Of a stretch of DNA of 54,937 nucleotides, positions 1 to 13,391 are shown in pieces. Position 1 is the first letter of the stretch. Each line of letters opens with the position of its first letter. The notes under the pieces were generated by a model, which saw nothing but the letters and a program-made list of their open reading frames with translations, searched no databases and had not been told where the DNA came from. Both the position numbers and the translations under genes were made by a program. Source of the DNA: Rhizaria sp. SCN 62-66 (lineage: Eukaryota); assembly GCA_001724265.1 (NCBI GenBank), contig MEDY01000190.1, positions 1 through 54,937 of the forward strand, given 5' to 3'.

Positions 1-554
1 GGTAAGCGGGGAACTTGTCGAGGAACTCCTTCTTGGTGGCCTCGGCCTCAGCACCGACAGCGGTGGAGAAAGCGCGGGCAACCTTGGGCGCTGTGATAGT
101 AGAGCGGAATGAGGAAGAAAAGCAAGGAGAGGGCCAGGCAAAGACGGGAGAAAAAGTACGAAAGCAAGAGGAAGAAGAAAAGTGAGCTCATGGGCGTGGG
201 GAAGTCAGTGTCGGTGAAGGTTCGGTGGAGACGGTTTGGGGCACGGGGGTGGGTCATCTTGAGGAGTCTCAAAAGAAGACAAATGATCCACACGGGTTCG
301 AGACCGGTATAGAGGCACCATTGACGGGCAACTACGGCTCATGAAAGAATCGGCATGCCTAAACAGTCTCTGTGGAGCCCACACAAAAGCTGTCGATCAG
401 GTTCGGAGGCTAGTCGGCGTCACTCGCCCCAAGCCGGCGGTCGAAAATAGCTTCTGTGGGCGCAATAGGAAGTGTGTTGCAGTGCTAGCATATCAATTTA
501 GAAAATCGAGGAGGACGTACCCTGAGCAATACGCGAACGAAGAATGGAAGACAT
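1..554 (-). CDS. 5' part of a gene for a probable mitochondrial-targeted protein (runs off the left edge); exon 1 554-521, intron 520-91, exon 2 90-<1
   Basis: ATG at 554, donor GTACGT at 520, pyrimidine-rich acceptor ...CACAG at 91. The spliced frame is open: MSSILRSRIAQAPKVARAFSTAVGAEAEATKKEFLDKFPAY. It has an Arg/Ser-rich, acid-free presequence with an R-x-F-S-T cleavage-like motif. Absent from the ORF track because it is spliced. Confidence 0.7.
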
Positions 555-1336
555 CTTGGAGACGCACAATTCGACAAGAAGCATCGGTCCCAGTCATCTC
601 GTCCTCTAGCCTTCGCTGGTGCCCCGCGGCCCTTAGATTTCGAGGCTGGGGTGACTGTGAGCATCAAGCCGAATTTATGCGAACCGCACTGTTTGCCAAT
701 CGGTCAGACAGTCGGGACCGATGTCCGACGAACAGAATCTTACTTGTGTTATAATGATTTACTTGTATACGATCAGTTTTAAAGCCCGCGTGAGTTTTGT
801 GTATACTGACCCCAAGTCCGAGCTCTTACGGCGGCGATTTCACGGAGATCTTGAAGCAATTCCGCTCCTGACCTAAGACTGGTTCGCTCGTTGAACAAGG
901 CCTGATTCAAGCGATTTCAAGTCTTAAACAACTGTCAATTGATATATATTCAGCGGCTTTGTTTTAGTGTGCGTATGCGATTACCAGAAATAATCGCTAG
1001 TAGCATATATGTGGCTGTCAGGACGATATATTCCTTCATTTCTGGCCAACGGCTCGCACATCTCAGTGCGAGTGGGAGTGACGCTGATTAAGGCTATAGT
1101 AGACCTATTTCTTCATTAGAATGCATGCCGTTTCATGTTAGCTGACAACCAAACACATTACCTGCAGCTGCGTTACCATATCGCTATTGACGGACGTCCT
1201 CCTTCTCATCGAGATCTTTTCATTGCGTTCTCTTCGCAACCTCCCAATCTAGATCAGCCACACCCCCAACCGCTGCACAGCTCTCTAAGCCCAACCGTTG
1301 AGCACGCGTCACCCGCATCGTATTGGCCGCTGTTGT

Positions 1337-4300
1337 ATGCTTCACCGCACTACCCTGGCTGTCACCGCGGCCCGCAACGCGCGGCGCGCGGCGGCGCCCC
1401 TTCTTGCCTCGTCGGCCCTGCTCTCAAACAGCTGCTGCAGCAGCAGCAGCAGCAGCAGTCTGATTGCTCGCGCTTCGGGCAGCAACATGAGCACACTCTG
1501 CTGTCCCACGACTGCCACCCTCCCTCGCCCCACTGCCGCGGCTGCCGCTCTGGCCACGGCTACGAGCGCTTTTGTAAGCTCTGAAGCCCGTAGCCTCTCC
1601 GGCCTCTCGCCCCTTAGTTGCGGTCTGGCTCGCGCTCGCACCCACTCTCGCTCCAACAGCAACAACTACAGCGCGAGCTTTCACATGCGCGCTCGCCGCT
1701 TCAGCACCGAGGCCGCCGCCCCCGCTGCCCCCGCTGCGGCGGCGGCGCCCGTGATCGCGAGCTCCGTGCAGAGCATGGCGCAGTGCATGAACAGCGTCGT
1801 TAAGGTCTTCACCACTTCGTCGTCGCCCAACTATCTGTTGCCGTGGCAAAACAAGCCGCTGACCGACTGCTCGGGTTCCGGCTTCCTCATCTCCGGCCGC
1901 CGCATCATCACCAACGCGCACGTGGTCGCCGACGCGGTGCAGGTGATGGTCCGCCGCCCGGGCTCAGCGACCAAGTTCGTCGCCAGCGTCGTCGCCGCGG
2001 GGCACGAGTGCGACCTGGCCGTGCTGACTGTTGCCGACGAGGAGTTCTGGCGCCCCGGCGAGGACGGACTTGGCCTGGACGACGACGGCGTCGATCAGCA
2101 CGGGGACTTTGCTGACGTCAGCAACTCGGGCGGCGCTGTGCAGAGCACGAATGAGACTGCTGCTCCGGCGACTCCTGCGGCCAGCGGCAACCCCAGCGTG
2201 CTGACTGAGGTGTACGACGATCCGAGCGCCGTGGTGGGCGCCGACGGCAGTCTGCGCTTCTCACCGGAGCTGCCACTGCTGCAGGACTCGGTCTGCGTCA
2301 TCGGCTACCCCTCCGGCGGCGACAACCTCTGCGTGACGCAGGTATGTCCCCGGCCCATTGCACTTAGCTCGAGATTTAATAATCTTAACCTAGTTTCCCA
2401 CATGAAAAACATTGTTATATTCTATAACAACATAATTTATATATTGTTGTAATACTTGTAACTCTATAGCTAACCATAGTGTGCTCTATAAATTTCTTTT
2501 GTTGTTTCCACCCGCCCCCCCCCCCTCTCCCGCAGGGCGTTGTGTCGCGCATCGAGCCGGTGTACTACGCGCACGCGGGCCACACGCTCCTGGGCGTGCA
2601 GATCGACGCCGCGATCAACCCGGGTAATAGCGGCGGGCCCGCCTTCGTGGACGGGCGCGTCGTCGGCGTCGCGTTCCAGAACCGCCAAAACGCGTCCTCG
2701 GTCGGCTACGTTATCCCCGTGCCCATCATCAACCACTTCCTGCGCGACGTCGAGGCCGGCGGCTACCGCACCGTCGACCGCTCGGGCTCGCACCTGTCCC
2801 ACACCGGCAGCGCCGGCGCCAGCGGCAGAAGTCAGGGCGCGGAGGAGCACAACCACACGATGGGGACCGCGTTGGGCGTGCCCGCGACTCTGAAGCAGCA
2901 GCAGCAGTACGGCTTCTGCGGGATCATGCTCTCGTGCCAGGAGACGTTCAACATGTCGCTGCAGCGCTTCATGGGGCTGCTCCCGAAGTCTATCCGCATC
3001 CGCGAGAAGTTAAGCCGCGCTGACGATGGGGAAGGCGCTGTCTCCGCCCCTGTCGCCGCGGCTGCTGTTCCGGCCCGCCGCAACGGCTCCGGCAGCGCTG
3101 TCGGCGGGCGGTCTGCGGCCGCACGCGCGCACATCCTCGCCGCGGCCTCGCTCGCCCCGGTCGCTGTCACCGCTGCCGACGCCAGCGACGCTGCCGAGGG
3201 CGTGACTGCGAACGGCGACTCTGCGGCGGCGGCGGCGGCGGCGGCGAACGAGCCCGGCTTCGTCTCGGTCGCGGACTCGATCGGCAACGCGCAGCACCTG
3301 ACGGGCGTGCTGGTCAACACCGTTCACCGCACGTCGCCGTGCTTTGGACACCTGCGCCGCTACGACGTGTTACTGGCCGTTGACGACCACCCCATCGCGG
3401 GCGACGGCTCGGTGCACTTCCGCGGCTACGAGCGCATCGGCTTCGACTACCTTATCTCGCTCAAATACTCGGGGGATCCCTGTAAGATCACCTTCCTCCG
3501 CCGCCGCAGTCCCGGCAGCGCGGGTGTCGCCGGCAGCGGCAGCGGCGGCGCCGCTCTGCCGATCACGGCCAGCACGCCCGCGACCGAGGTGGAAGTGATG
3601 GAGCGGACCGTGGACATGCGGCCCGTGCGCCACCTCGTCTCGGGCCACGGCTACGACAAGACGGCGAGCTATTACGTCTTCGGCGGCATGGTCTTCGTCC
3701 CTCTCTCGATGCCCTACCTGCACGAGTTCGGCAAGGACTGGTACCAACAGGCGCCCCGCGACTTGGTGCAGCTCGCGGTGCACGGCAACGTCGCCTTTAG
3801 CAGCCAGGAGGTCGTCGTCATGACGCAGGTGCTGCCCGACGCGAGGTACGACTCCCCAACTACGCGTATATTTATATTGACGATCTGAATTGCTGTCTAT
3901 TATGCTAAAACTGTCAATATTTTTTTTATTTTTAAGCGCGCTCATTTTAATCACATTTTCTTCTTTTTGTTTCGCACACTTAGCACGATCGGCTACAACA
4001 ACATGGTCGACTCGCTGGTGCGGCGCGTCAACGGGCGTTGGGTCAAAAGCCTGCGCCATCTCAAGGCCATAACCGAGGAGGCCGTCGTGCGCGCCGCGCT
4101 CGCCAAGGAGGGCATCGCGCTGCCCCCGCTGCAGACCAGTGCCGGCGCCAACGCCGACGAGGCGAGCGCGGTCGTGACCGACTCGGACTCGGCCGAGAGC
4201 CGCTTCGCGGCTCCCGAGGCGCTGGCGGCCGCGCTGAGCGAGGACAACCCCTACCGCGACTACGTGGTGTCGCGCGGCTTAACTTTTGCACCGGTGCCGT

Positions 4301-4548
4301 GGGTCAAGGGCGAGGACGACGTGCTCGCCGCGATGAACGAGGCGGGCGGCTCGGACTCCGGCGGCGACAACAGCGGCGCCGGGGCGAGCAGCGGCGACTT
4401 CGCGACCGCGCTCGGTAACGACGCGCTGGTCGTCGAGCTCGGTGACCGGCGCGTGGTGATGCTCGAGCTCAGCGCCGTCGTCGGCGGCCACGAACGCATT
4501 GTGCGCAAGCACAACATCCCCCGGCAGATGTCTGTCGACCTCGTCTAA
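1337..4548 (+). CDS. Deg/HtrA (DegP-family) serine protease with PDZ domains, plant Deg2/9/10-like, probably organellar; exons 1337-2341, 2536-3845, 3984-4548 (~959 aa)
   Basis: Motifs SGSGFLISGRRIITNAHVV (His), ECDLAVL (Asp), IGYPSGGDNLCVTQ|GVVSRIE, QIDAAINPGNSGGP (Ser), SYYVFGGMVFVPLSMPYL and QEVVVMTQVL. Both introns (GTATGT..CAG, GTACGA..TAG) join in frame. N-terminus resembles a transit peptide (RRFSTEA). Ends in TAA. Confidence 0.93.
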
Positions 4549-4781
4549 GTTTGTAAGGGGGTAATTAGACGCAGACAGGGTTGGCTGACGAGTTACTTAG
4601 ATATTATTATCATTACGTTTTTCATTCAAGTATTTAAATTGAGTTTTCGTAATTTGTGACAACGAACGTGAACGTTCAGCAGTGAGAATAAAGCTTTAGT
4701 CTATTGTAGTCTTGCGTTGCTATCTAGATACTCGTTGGTTTAATTGTTTGAATTCAGCTTTTAAATCCAGGCACGAACATG

Positions 4782-5039
4782 TTACATTTGGCGTTGGAGC
4801 GATGAGCAATATATGGCGTCGAGCTCAATCAGCGCAGGCTTCGCGCTCTTGCTCTTGCCAGCGCCAGAGCCAGCGCCGCCGGCACCAGCCCCAGGCCTGG
4901 CCTTGCCGCCGCCACGGGTGCCGTTGCTGTTGTTGTTGCCAGCCGCTGCAGCGGTGGGCGTGGGCGCAGTCTTGCCCCTGACCCCCGCGCCAGCGGCACC
5001 GCTCGCGCCCGAATTCGAACCATCGGCGTTCCCAGCGGC

Positions 5040-5070
<31 letters not shown>

Positions 5071-7978
5071 GCGGCGGCGGTAGCGGGGCCGCTCTTCTTG
5101 CGCTCGGCCTCCTCGACGGTGGCGACGAGCCGCAGCCCCTGGCCCTGCAGCCGCACGAGCTGCCCCGCCATCAGCACCACGCTCTTCTGCAGCTGCTCCA
5201 GCTCCCGCGTCAGCTCCTCCTCCTCAGCCCTGAGCCCAGGCAGCGCGGCGCGCTCGGCGTCGAGCGCGTCCGCGGCCTCGGTCAGTGCGGCGCTCAGCGC
5301 GGCCGTGTCCTCGCGGAGCTCGCGCCGCACCGCCTGCGCTTGACTGTACTCGGTCTGCAGCGGCCGCAGCGCGTCTTCCTGTCCCGTCATCGCTTTGGCG
5401 AGCTCGCGGCGCACGTTGGCGAGCTCCTTGGTCTGCACCGCGAGGACGGCCAGCAGCGACTGTTCGAGCCCGCGCTCTTTGGCGGCCGCGGCGGGCAGCG
5501 AGGCCTCGAGCCGTTGCAGCTGGCGCCGGCCCGCGCGCAGCGTGTCCATGCTGCTGCTCAGTCGCGCGCGCACCAGCGCGTCCGACCGATCGAAAGGCGC
5601 CAGCCGCTGCGCCCACTCGCTCAGCGCAGCTACCGCCACTGCGGGCCACGCGGCCGCGTTGGCCGCGGCGGCCGCGGCGAGCGAGTGCGAGCGCGTGACC
5701 GAGAGGTTGTTGCCCGCGCAGGGCAGCGCGCGCAGACGCGGAGACGCGAGCAGCAGACGCAGCAGCATTGCGGCGGAGGCGTCGCCGAAGGAGCAGTTAG
5801 ATAAGTTAAGCCGGGTCAGCAGCGGGGGACGCGGCGGCGGCAGGAACGCTGCAATATTACCGTGATGCGCATCAGTATCACCGCTGCTGTAGCCGCCCCT
5901 GTTGGCGTGGGCCGCTGCCGCCGCCGCGGTTATTGCCGCAGCAGTGGTGTTGATCGCTGCAAGCGCTGCCACCGCAATCGCGGTCACGCCCTCGTCCTTG
6001 ATGGGGTTGCCTGCGACAGACAACACGCGCATTGTCGGCGTGACGGCAAGCAGCCCAGCGAGAGCCTTGGCCGCGGCGGGGCTAAGCTGATTGCGATCTA
6101 ATAGTAGTGCCTGGAGCTTGACAGAGCGGACGACACTGGGCGCCACAGACGATACAGCGGCGCTGGCACTGCTGCCGCCACCAAGCCCGTTGCTGGTGCT
6201 GCCGAGCATGACATCGGTGTTGTTGCTGCTGCTGTGCAAGTCAGGACGGCGCGCCGCGCTTTGCTTCGTCGGAGTGGCGCTGTTGAGACTGTTGCTGTTG
6301 CTCTGCGCGTTCTCAAGCGCCGGCGGGGTCAGCAGCGCCGCGTCCGCCGTGCTGACGCTGCGCGAATGACTGCGCGTGGACGCAGCCGCAGCCGCACGAG
6401 CTGGAGTCGCAACAGAATGGGCGCCGTGTGTCCCGAGAGCAGCCTTGATCGCGGCCGAGCTCCTCACGGCAGGCACAGCGCGGCCCGTCGCGAGCGCGGC
6501 GGCCGCCTCGGCAGCGACCAGCGCCGCTGGCAGCGCCGCCGCCGCCGCCGCGCTGGCCGCCGCCGCTGCCGCACTGGCCATGGCGGCCGCCGTGGCCGCG
6601 GTGAGCGACTGGCACAGCTGCAGCACGAAGGCGTCGACGGCGCCGCAGTTGCGCAGACTGAGCAACTTGAGCCCCGCGCGCGAGTGCGCGCCTGGCTCGG
6701 GCCCCGCGGCGTTAGCGCAGAGCGGCAGCCCCGAGGCGTCGGTGCTCGCAATGCCCTCCAGGTCCGCGTCCCACGGCGCGGGCGCGATGTCCCAGCTCGC
6801 GGTCGCAGCGGTGGCAGCGGTCGCGCCCATTGCCGCCGCGCCGGCGCCGTGGCCGCCGTTCGCGACCGAGAGCGCGGCCGCGGGGTCCGAGTCCGAAACG
6901 GGGGGCGCGACGGCGACCGTGGTCAGCAGCGACAGCGACGGGTTGCTGCTGCTGTGCGCAGCGTCTTCGCCGTCGTCGCCGTCGTCGTCTTCGCCGTTGT
7001 GCGTGTCGCCGGCGCCGGGGGTGTAGCTGCGGCGACCGCGCGGCAGCCCAGAGCCGGGCACCCGCGGCGGCAGCAGCGTCGGCCGCGGCGGCGGCGGCAA
7101 CGCGCCGTCAAACAGACGGCCCGCCTCGGGGTTCGCAGAGAGCCCGTTGAGCACCAGATCTTCGTCGCCGCGGGGGAAAGTTCCGAAAAAGTCGCTCGCC
7201 ATCGCGGCCGATGCGTCAACGTTGGCGTCGTTGCCCTTGCCACCGCGGCCGTTGCTACTGCCCCCGCCGCCACCCGCGGCGCTGACGTGGCCGACGGCGT
7301 AACCAGCACTGGTCGCGCCGTTGCTCTGCTGCTGAGGCACATACGCGAGACTGGCGTGCCCGGCAGCAGCGGCGGCCGCGGCGGCCTCCACGGCGGTCGC
7401 GCTTGCAGTCACCGGCGGCCGGTAGAGCCCGAACCCGGTCGGCACGTACTTGCCCTTGGCGTGGGCCTCGGCGACGGCCGCCTGCAGCCGCGCGAGGTGG
7501 CTGTCGCCAAGCCCGAACCGGCGGTCGAGTCCGTACGAGACCTCCGGCTTCGAGCCCAGCGGGTTGCCGTCGAGCGTCAGCGCCTCGAGCGTGGGCGCGC
7601 CGCCCACGGCGTGCAGCAGGCACGCAGCGCCGGCGACGCCGATGCGGCAGCGCGCGAGTGCAAGCGCGCGCAGCGGGTAGCCGGAGCAGAGCAGGGTGCT
7701 CAGCGGCAGCGCGCCGGCCGAAGTGAGCGGGTTCGCGCTGAGGTCCAGCGACACGAGCAGGCGCACGGGCACGGGCACGGGCACGGCGGTCAGCGACGCG
7801 GCGTAGGCGGCCTCGCGCTCGGCGGCCGCGGCGGCAGCGGCCTCGCGCTGTTCACGGTCGCGCTCACGGGCGTCGTCTTCGTCGTTGCCGTTGTCATCGA
7901 CGCTGTTGCTGCGTGCGTCGCCGCTGCTATTGCGAGCGCCGCGGTTGCGACTCTCAAGTTGGGTACTACCACGCGTAC

Positions 7979-8021
<43 letters not shown>

Positions 8022-11000
8022 CGTAACAGACGAGGGTTCGGGCGGTGTGGGGTAGAGCAAAGCCACGCCGTCCGCGGCGTCCGCAGCCCAGAAGGGCGCC
8101 GCGGCGTCGGCCAGTTCGTCGAGCTCGGCCAGGCTCAGCGGCAGCCGCGCCTGCAGCTGGCGCGCACGCCGCACGCGCGAGCCCGCGGCGGCGGCCCGCG
8201 CGCGCGCTACGCGGCGGCGGTGCGCGATGAGGCCGCCCGCGAGCACGGCGGCGTCGCCGTGCGACAGCGAGTTGCTCGAGAGGTCGAGGTGCGTCAGCGA
8301 GCCGCCGCGCGCGAGGCCCTCAGCAAACGCGGCCACGGCGCCCGGGATCAGCCCGAGGCCGACGCCAGCCAGAGAGAGGTGCGTCAGCGTGAGCGAGGAG
8401 GAGACCACCTCGGCCAGCGCGGTGACCGCTGCGATGCCGGGGCCGATGAGCATGGTGCCGCGACCGGCGCCGCTCGCGCCCGCGCTACCGCCGCCGCCGC
8501 CCGCGCTGCCCGCGCCGGCGATGCCGCTCGTCGCGCTCGCGGCGCTGCCGCCGCCGTCGTAGGCGCTGCTCAGGCCCGTGTCCGCGCCGCCGCCGTCGCC
8601 GGCCGCACCGGCGGCCGCCGCGCCGCCGTTACCGGTCGAGGCCGAGATGTCCAGCCGGGCCAGCGACGGGTGTCCGCGCAGCGCCAGCAGCAGCGGCGTA
8701 AGCCCGGCCGACGTGGCGCCCGCGCCGCGCAGCGAGAGCGAGACGAGGAAGGGCAGAAACGGCAGCGAGGCCGCGAGCGTGGCCAGTCCGCGGTCGCCGA
8801 GCGGGTTCCCCGAGAGGTCGAGGTGGCGCAGCGGGCGCAGAAAGGACGGCAGCGAGTGCAGCGGCGGGAACGGCGAGCTGGGCGACAACGAAGGATCGGT
8901 CACAGCGGAGAGGACCAGCCGCGCCGCCAGCGGCAGCGAGACGTCGGCCGCGCCGGCGCCCGTGCGGTCGGCGCCAGCGCGCGCATCGTCGTTGATGCTT
9001 GCGCTGGTGTCGAAGCTGGTGCCGGTCTTGCCCGAGTTCGCGCCGGCGGTGGACAGAGTGCGCGCGTACTGAATCATGCACGCTCCCATCGTCATGCCGC
9101 CGGGGCCACAACTCATGCCGTTGCTGGCCACGGTTGCGCTGGCGTTGGCGTTGGTGGTAGCGGCGGCTGCGCGGGCCTGTGCCCTGTACTGTCCGAGGAA
9201 CAGCGCGAAAGGCACGCGCGCGACGCGGCCGCGGCGGCGGGGGCGGCTCTGGCTCGGCACAAGGGCAGTCGTCGCGATAGTCGTTGCCGTCGCCTTGCTT
9301 GTGTTTGCGTTTACGCCCGCGTTACTCAGCGGGAGCAGCTGCGGCGGAGGCAGCGAGCCAGCAGCAAAGCCTCCTGCACCCGTATTAACACCAGCAGCAG
9401 TGCTGCTACTCGAGGTGCTGATGTTGTTATTGTTATTGTTGCTGACGCTGAGTGTCCTTGAGAAGGCAAGCGGCGACAGCGCAGGCAGTGCAAGGCTGCC
9501 GCCGGAGCCCACACCTCCGCGGCTGCTCGGCACCCTCTCGAGCGCGACGCCGCCGGTGCCGCCGCCGGCGCTGTTGGAGGAGGGCCGGCCGTCGCCGCCG
9601 CGTGAGCGCACGCTCTCGCGCGCCTTGCGGGCCTCCTCTTCCTTGGCCACGGCCGCCGCCCGCGCACGCGCCGCATCGGCCGCGGCCGCCGCCTCGGCCG
9701 CAGCGTCGTCGTCCTCGTACTTGGCGCACGCACGCGCCGCGACACCGGCCAGCACTTCCTGCTGGAACTCGAGGAGGGAGGCGAGCTCGCCCGCAGCCAG
9801 CGGGCCAAGCCCGAGGCTGCGCAGCGACAGGCGGCCGCGGTAGCACGCGCGGCGCAGGCGGCGGCAGAAGTGCGCGCGCTGGCGGCCCGCCGCGGGCGCC
9901 GAGAGCGCGAGGTCGCAACCGCGCGCGGCGTGGATGGCCGTGGCCAGCGCCGTGATCGCCACGCGCCACAGCGCGTAGTCCTGGTGTCGCCGCTGCCACA
10001 GAGGCATCTCGAACCCGGCGCTGACACCCACTCCCGTCGCGCTTTGAGCGCCGTTGCCGTTGCCGTTGCCGTGTCCCCCGCTGGGGACCGGGCTCCAGGG
10101 CTCGTCGCCGTTGTTTCCATCGCCGTTGGTGTTGTTGTCGCCGCCGCCGTCGTCGCTGCTGTCGACGACGTCGGTCGGGCAGTCCGAGTCGTCGCTGTCA
10201 TCGCCGTCGCGGCGGTCGGCGAGACTGCTGTAGCGGCTGCGGCTGGCGCTGCCCCTGCCTCTGCCCTGATCCTTTTTGGGGTGATAGGTCGGGAACGTGT
10301 CGGCCTCGGTCTGGGCGTCGCCGTCTGAGTCGGAGTCAGACGGGGCAGCAAGCTTCAACGACCTCTGCGGCTGCTGCTGCCGCTGCTGTTGTTGTTGTTG
10401 CTGATGGTGGGACTGTGAACGCGAGTTTGAAGCTGATCTGGGGTGACTGTGAGCAGGTGAAGGACTAGTCTCGGGATCAGCGTCGTCTAAGTGTCCAAGG
10501 CCCTTAGAACCCACTAACTGGACACCGTGCGACTGAGGCCGGCTTGCGCTAACCGAGTTCAGAGAGGGCAGAACCAGAGTGTTCGAGCCGTGAGCACTGC
10601 GAACGGCGGCCTCCTCGCGGTCACCAGCAACTCCGCTAACGCTGTTTCTCCTCTTGTCGTCAGTCTTGAAGTTGTAGCTGTTCTCCGTAGTGCCATCATC
10701 ATCAGCGCCACTGTCGTTTTGCTCACTGGGGAACATGTAGGTGCCCTTATCCCACTCGTCCGCGACCCACAGCAGCGACGTGTTCGCGGTCACGGCACCA
10801 GACGCGGTTAGACTGCCGCCGAACGTGTTGTCACTCGTCGTGCCAGACAGGCCCTTGGACGTGACTGAGCTTCCCGTACGCGTCTGCGCCTGCGCCTGTG
10901 CGCGCACCGAGAGCGATCCCCCATGCAGCGTCGCAGCGGCGGCCGCGGCGCGCGCAGAGGCCGTTTCCTTCGCGCTCAAATACAGGCCGCCCTTGGCACC

Positions 11001-12836
11001 GCTGTGTGGACCCGCGCCCGCGCCGGCGCCGGCGTCTGCGGCAAGGGCAAGCGACGGCGGCGGCGGCCGGCCCGCGGCGGCGGCAGCGGCAAGCGCGCGC
11101 GCCTCGAGCAGTCGGCGCACGGCGGATAGCTCGCTCTGCGACAGTGTGTTGCCGCCGAAGCTGCTGCTGCTGCCGGCAGGGGCGTCGGAGGACTCGGCAT
11201 CGGCAGAGGAGACCGCGTTGGTGATGTTGTAGGAAGAGGAGCGGTGCGAGTAAGGCAGCGGCTGCGGCGGCACGTAGGCGCGCGACGAGAGTGCCGAAGT
11301 TAGGCCGCCTTGCGGGGAAGTCAGGCCGCCGCCCGCAGAGGTGGCGAACGCAGCGAGGGCCGAGGCCGCGGTCGCCGCAGAGCCGGCGCCAGAGCCCGCG
11401 GTCAAGGCCGAGTTCGGGGCGAGCGCGAGCGCAAGCGCGGTGCACAGGTTGTCAGCAGCCGCGATAACGGACTGCGACGGGAACGGGCTGGCGTTGCCGC
11501 TGCTTTTGCTGCCATCGTTGTCGCCACCATCATCGTTGTTGTCGTTCACATCGTCGCCGTTGCCGTTGTCGGCATCGTCGCCGTGCTTACTCTTGCCCCC
11601 GCTGCGCCTCTTAGCTGCGACGCCCAGAGCCTTGCCACGGGCAGCGCTGTTTCCACCAGTTGTACTCTGCGGCGGCTGCTTCTTATTGACGGCGCTGGTC
11701 CTGCTGCCGTGGCTGCTGCTGGTGGTGGTGGTCTTGTTCGTGCGGAAGTGGCTGTGCGCCGCCGCCGCGGTCGCATCTTCGCGATCACCCCTGGCCGCCG
11801 CGGCCGCAGACGCCGCCGCCACTCCCGCCTCACCGTGCTCACCGTCGTCGCCCTCCTCGCCGTACTGCCCGCGCCCGCTGCCGCCGCCGCCGCCGTGGCC
11901 GTGGCCGTGGCCGTGGTTGCGCCCGCGCAGCAGCAGCCGCGAGTAGCCGTCGTCGGTGCTGCTGCCGGCGCCTGGCGCGAGCGGCCGCGGCGGCGGCGCG
12001 TGGGCCGCCGTCAGCAGCGCCGCCAGACGCACCAGCGGCGGCAGCTGCTGCAGCTGCTGCGCCTGCGCCTGCACGGCCGACGGGAACTGGAATGGCGGGT
12101 GGTGCGGCGACGGCGACGGCGGCGGCGGCGCTGAGGCGGCCCCGGCAGCGGTTGTGCCCCCGCTGTGCGAGGAGCTGGTCAGGAGCACGCGTCCGAAGGC
12201 GTGTGCGGCGGCGCCGAACGTAACGCCCGAGGCGGCCGCGGCAACGCCCGCGGGGCCCAGCACGTCCCTAAGCTCGGCGGCGACGGCGGCGCGGCGGGCC
12301 TGCGCCATGCGCGCGGCGTGCTCGAGCTCGTTGGCGCTCGCGGCGAGCGTTGGCAGCGGCACCTCGGGCTGCCAGTGGGTGCAATCCGCCAGGCGCGCGG
12401 CGGCCGCGGCCGAGCTCGAGGACGCCAGGGAGGACGCGGCAAGCGCGGCTGCGGGCGCGGCGGCGACCGGGACGGGAGCGCGCGCGGGCGGGCGCGCGAA
12501 GGCCGAGGCGGCGGAGGCGGACGCGCCGTGCTGGCCAGAAGGCTTGTTGGCCGCGCCCGTGAAGCCCGGGTGGTCGACCGTGATGCGCTCCAGCGTGCGC
12601 GCGCGGGCCGCGGCGGGGGCGCGGCGGGCCTTAGTGTCGGAACGCCCGGATGGACCTGTGGACGAGGTTGAGGGTGTGATAGTAGGCGCGCCAGTGGGGG
12701 CGAGCGCGATGGCTCGGGCCGCGTTGGACAGCAGCGTCAGCTGGCGCGGGCGCGCTGTGGCGGGGCTCGCGTAAGACGGCGCGTGCGCGGAGTCGCCGAC
12801 GACGCCCGGGAAAAGGGCGCCGCGGGAGGAATCCAT
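4782..12836 (-). CDS. Very large single-exon RNI-like leucine-rich repeat protein with a C-terminal coiled coil (~2684 aa)
   Basis: Repeats such as LRHLDLSGNPLGDRGLATLA, LTHLDLSSNSLSHGDA, LVSLDLSANPLTSAG, LEALTLDGNPLG, MRVLSVAGNPIKDEG and LTRLNLSNCSFGD, separated by low-complexity inserts. Heptad-like E/L/A/R/Q C-terminus. First ATG at 12836 (start uncertain). Ends in TAA. Confidence 0.85.
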
Positions 12837-13391
12837 CGCTAGAGAAAGCGGCAAGGCGCTGGCGCGGATATATGAGGGAGGCAGGGAGTGCAGAGCAAGA
12901 CCACAAGGTTCGGCTCAGAAGACTCGCCTGCAAAGGGATAATTTGATGTCACGATGAAGTGAGAGAGAATTATACACAAATTGAAAAGGTTAATATTATG
13001 ATATGCAAGAGACAGACAATTTAACGTTCATTTCAAGGCGCTGCTGAGTGCCAAAGTTGGTGGGCGGTTACCCAAAGTGACTGTGGGCTTCCACGCCAGC
13101 GACAGCTCGCCAAATCCGTTGAGAGTGTAGGCTTCAGAGCGAAACTTTGACCACTGGTTATATCGTATCCCGTCCGACAATTGCAACTGTGACACCAGTA
13201 TATTAATATATTGTGAGTATAATGTATAACACTTCATTTATCACTCATCAATCTCTGTTATACCTTCTCTAACCCATCACGAAACTTGCCTACTCGCGCC
13301 CGCCACCACACACATCTCGTCCATTCCTCCTGATACACTCTCCGCCCTCCCGTGCAGCCTTTCCTGGCTTCTCTCCCGTTTCCCTGCGGTC

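Noticed and set aside
300-400. Two imperfect hairpins within the 430-nt intron, a possible intronic snoRNA
   Set aside because: No convincing H/ACA or C/D boxes are correctly placed. An Infernal/Rfam search would be needed.
6234-9461. 1075-aa plus-strand ORF and many other long antisense or alternative-frame ORFs (e.g. 16208-17665, 18730-20391, 49267-51156)
   Set aside because: They are shadows of GC-rich, GCN-repetitive coding sequence on the other strand or frame. They are Arg/Ala-rich, lack motifs and fully overlap better-supported genes.
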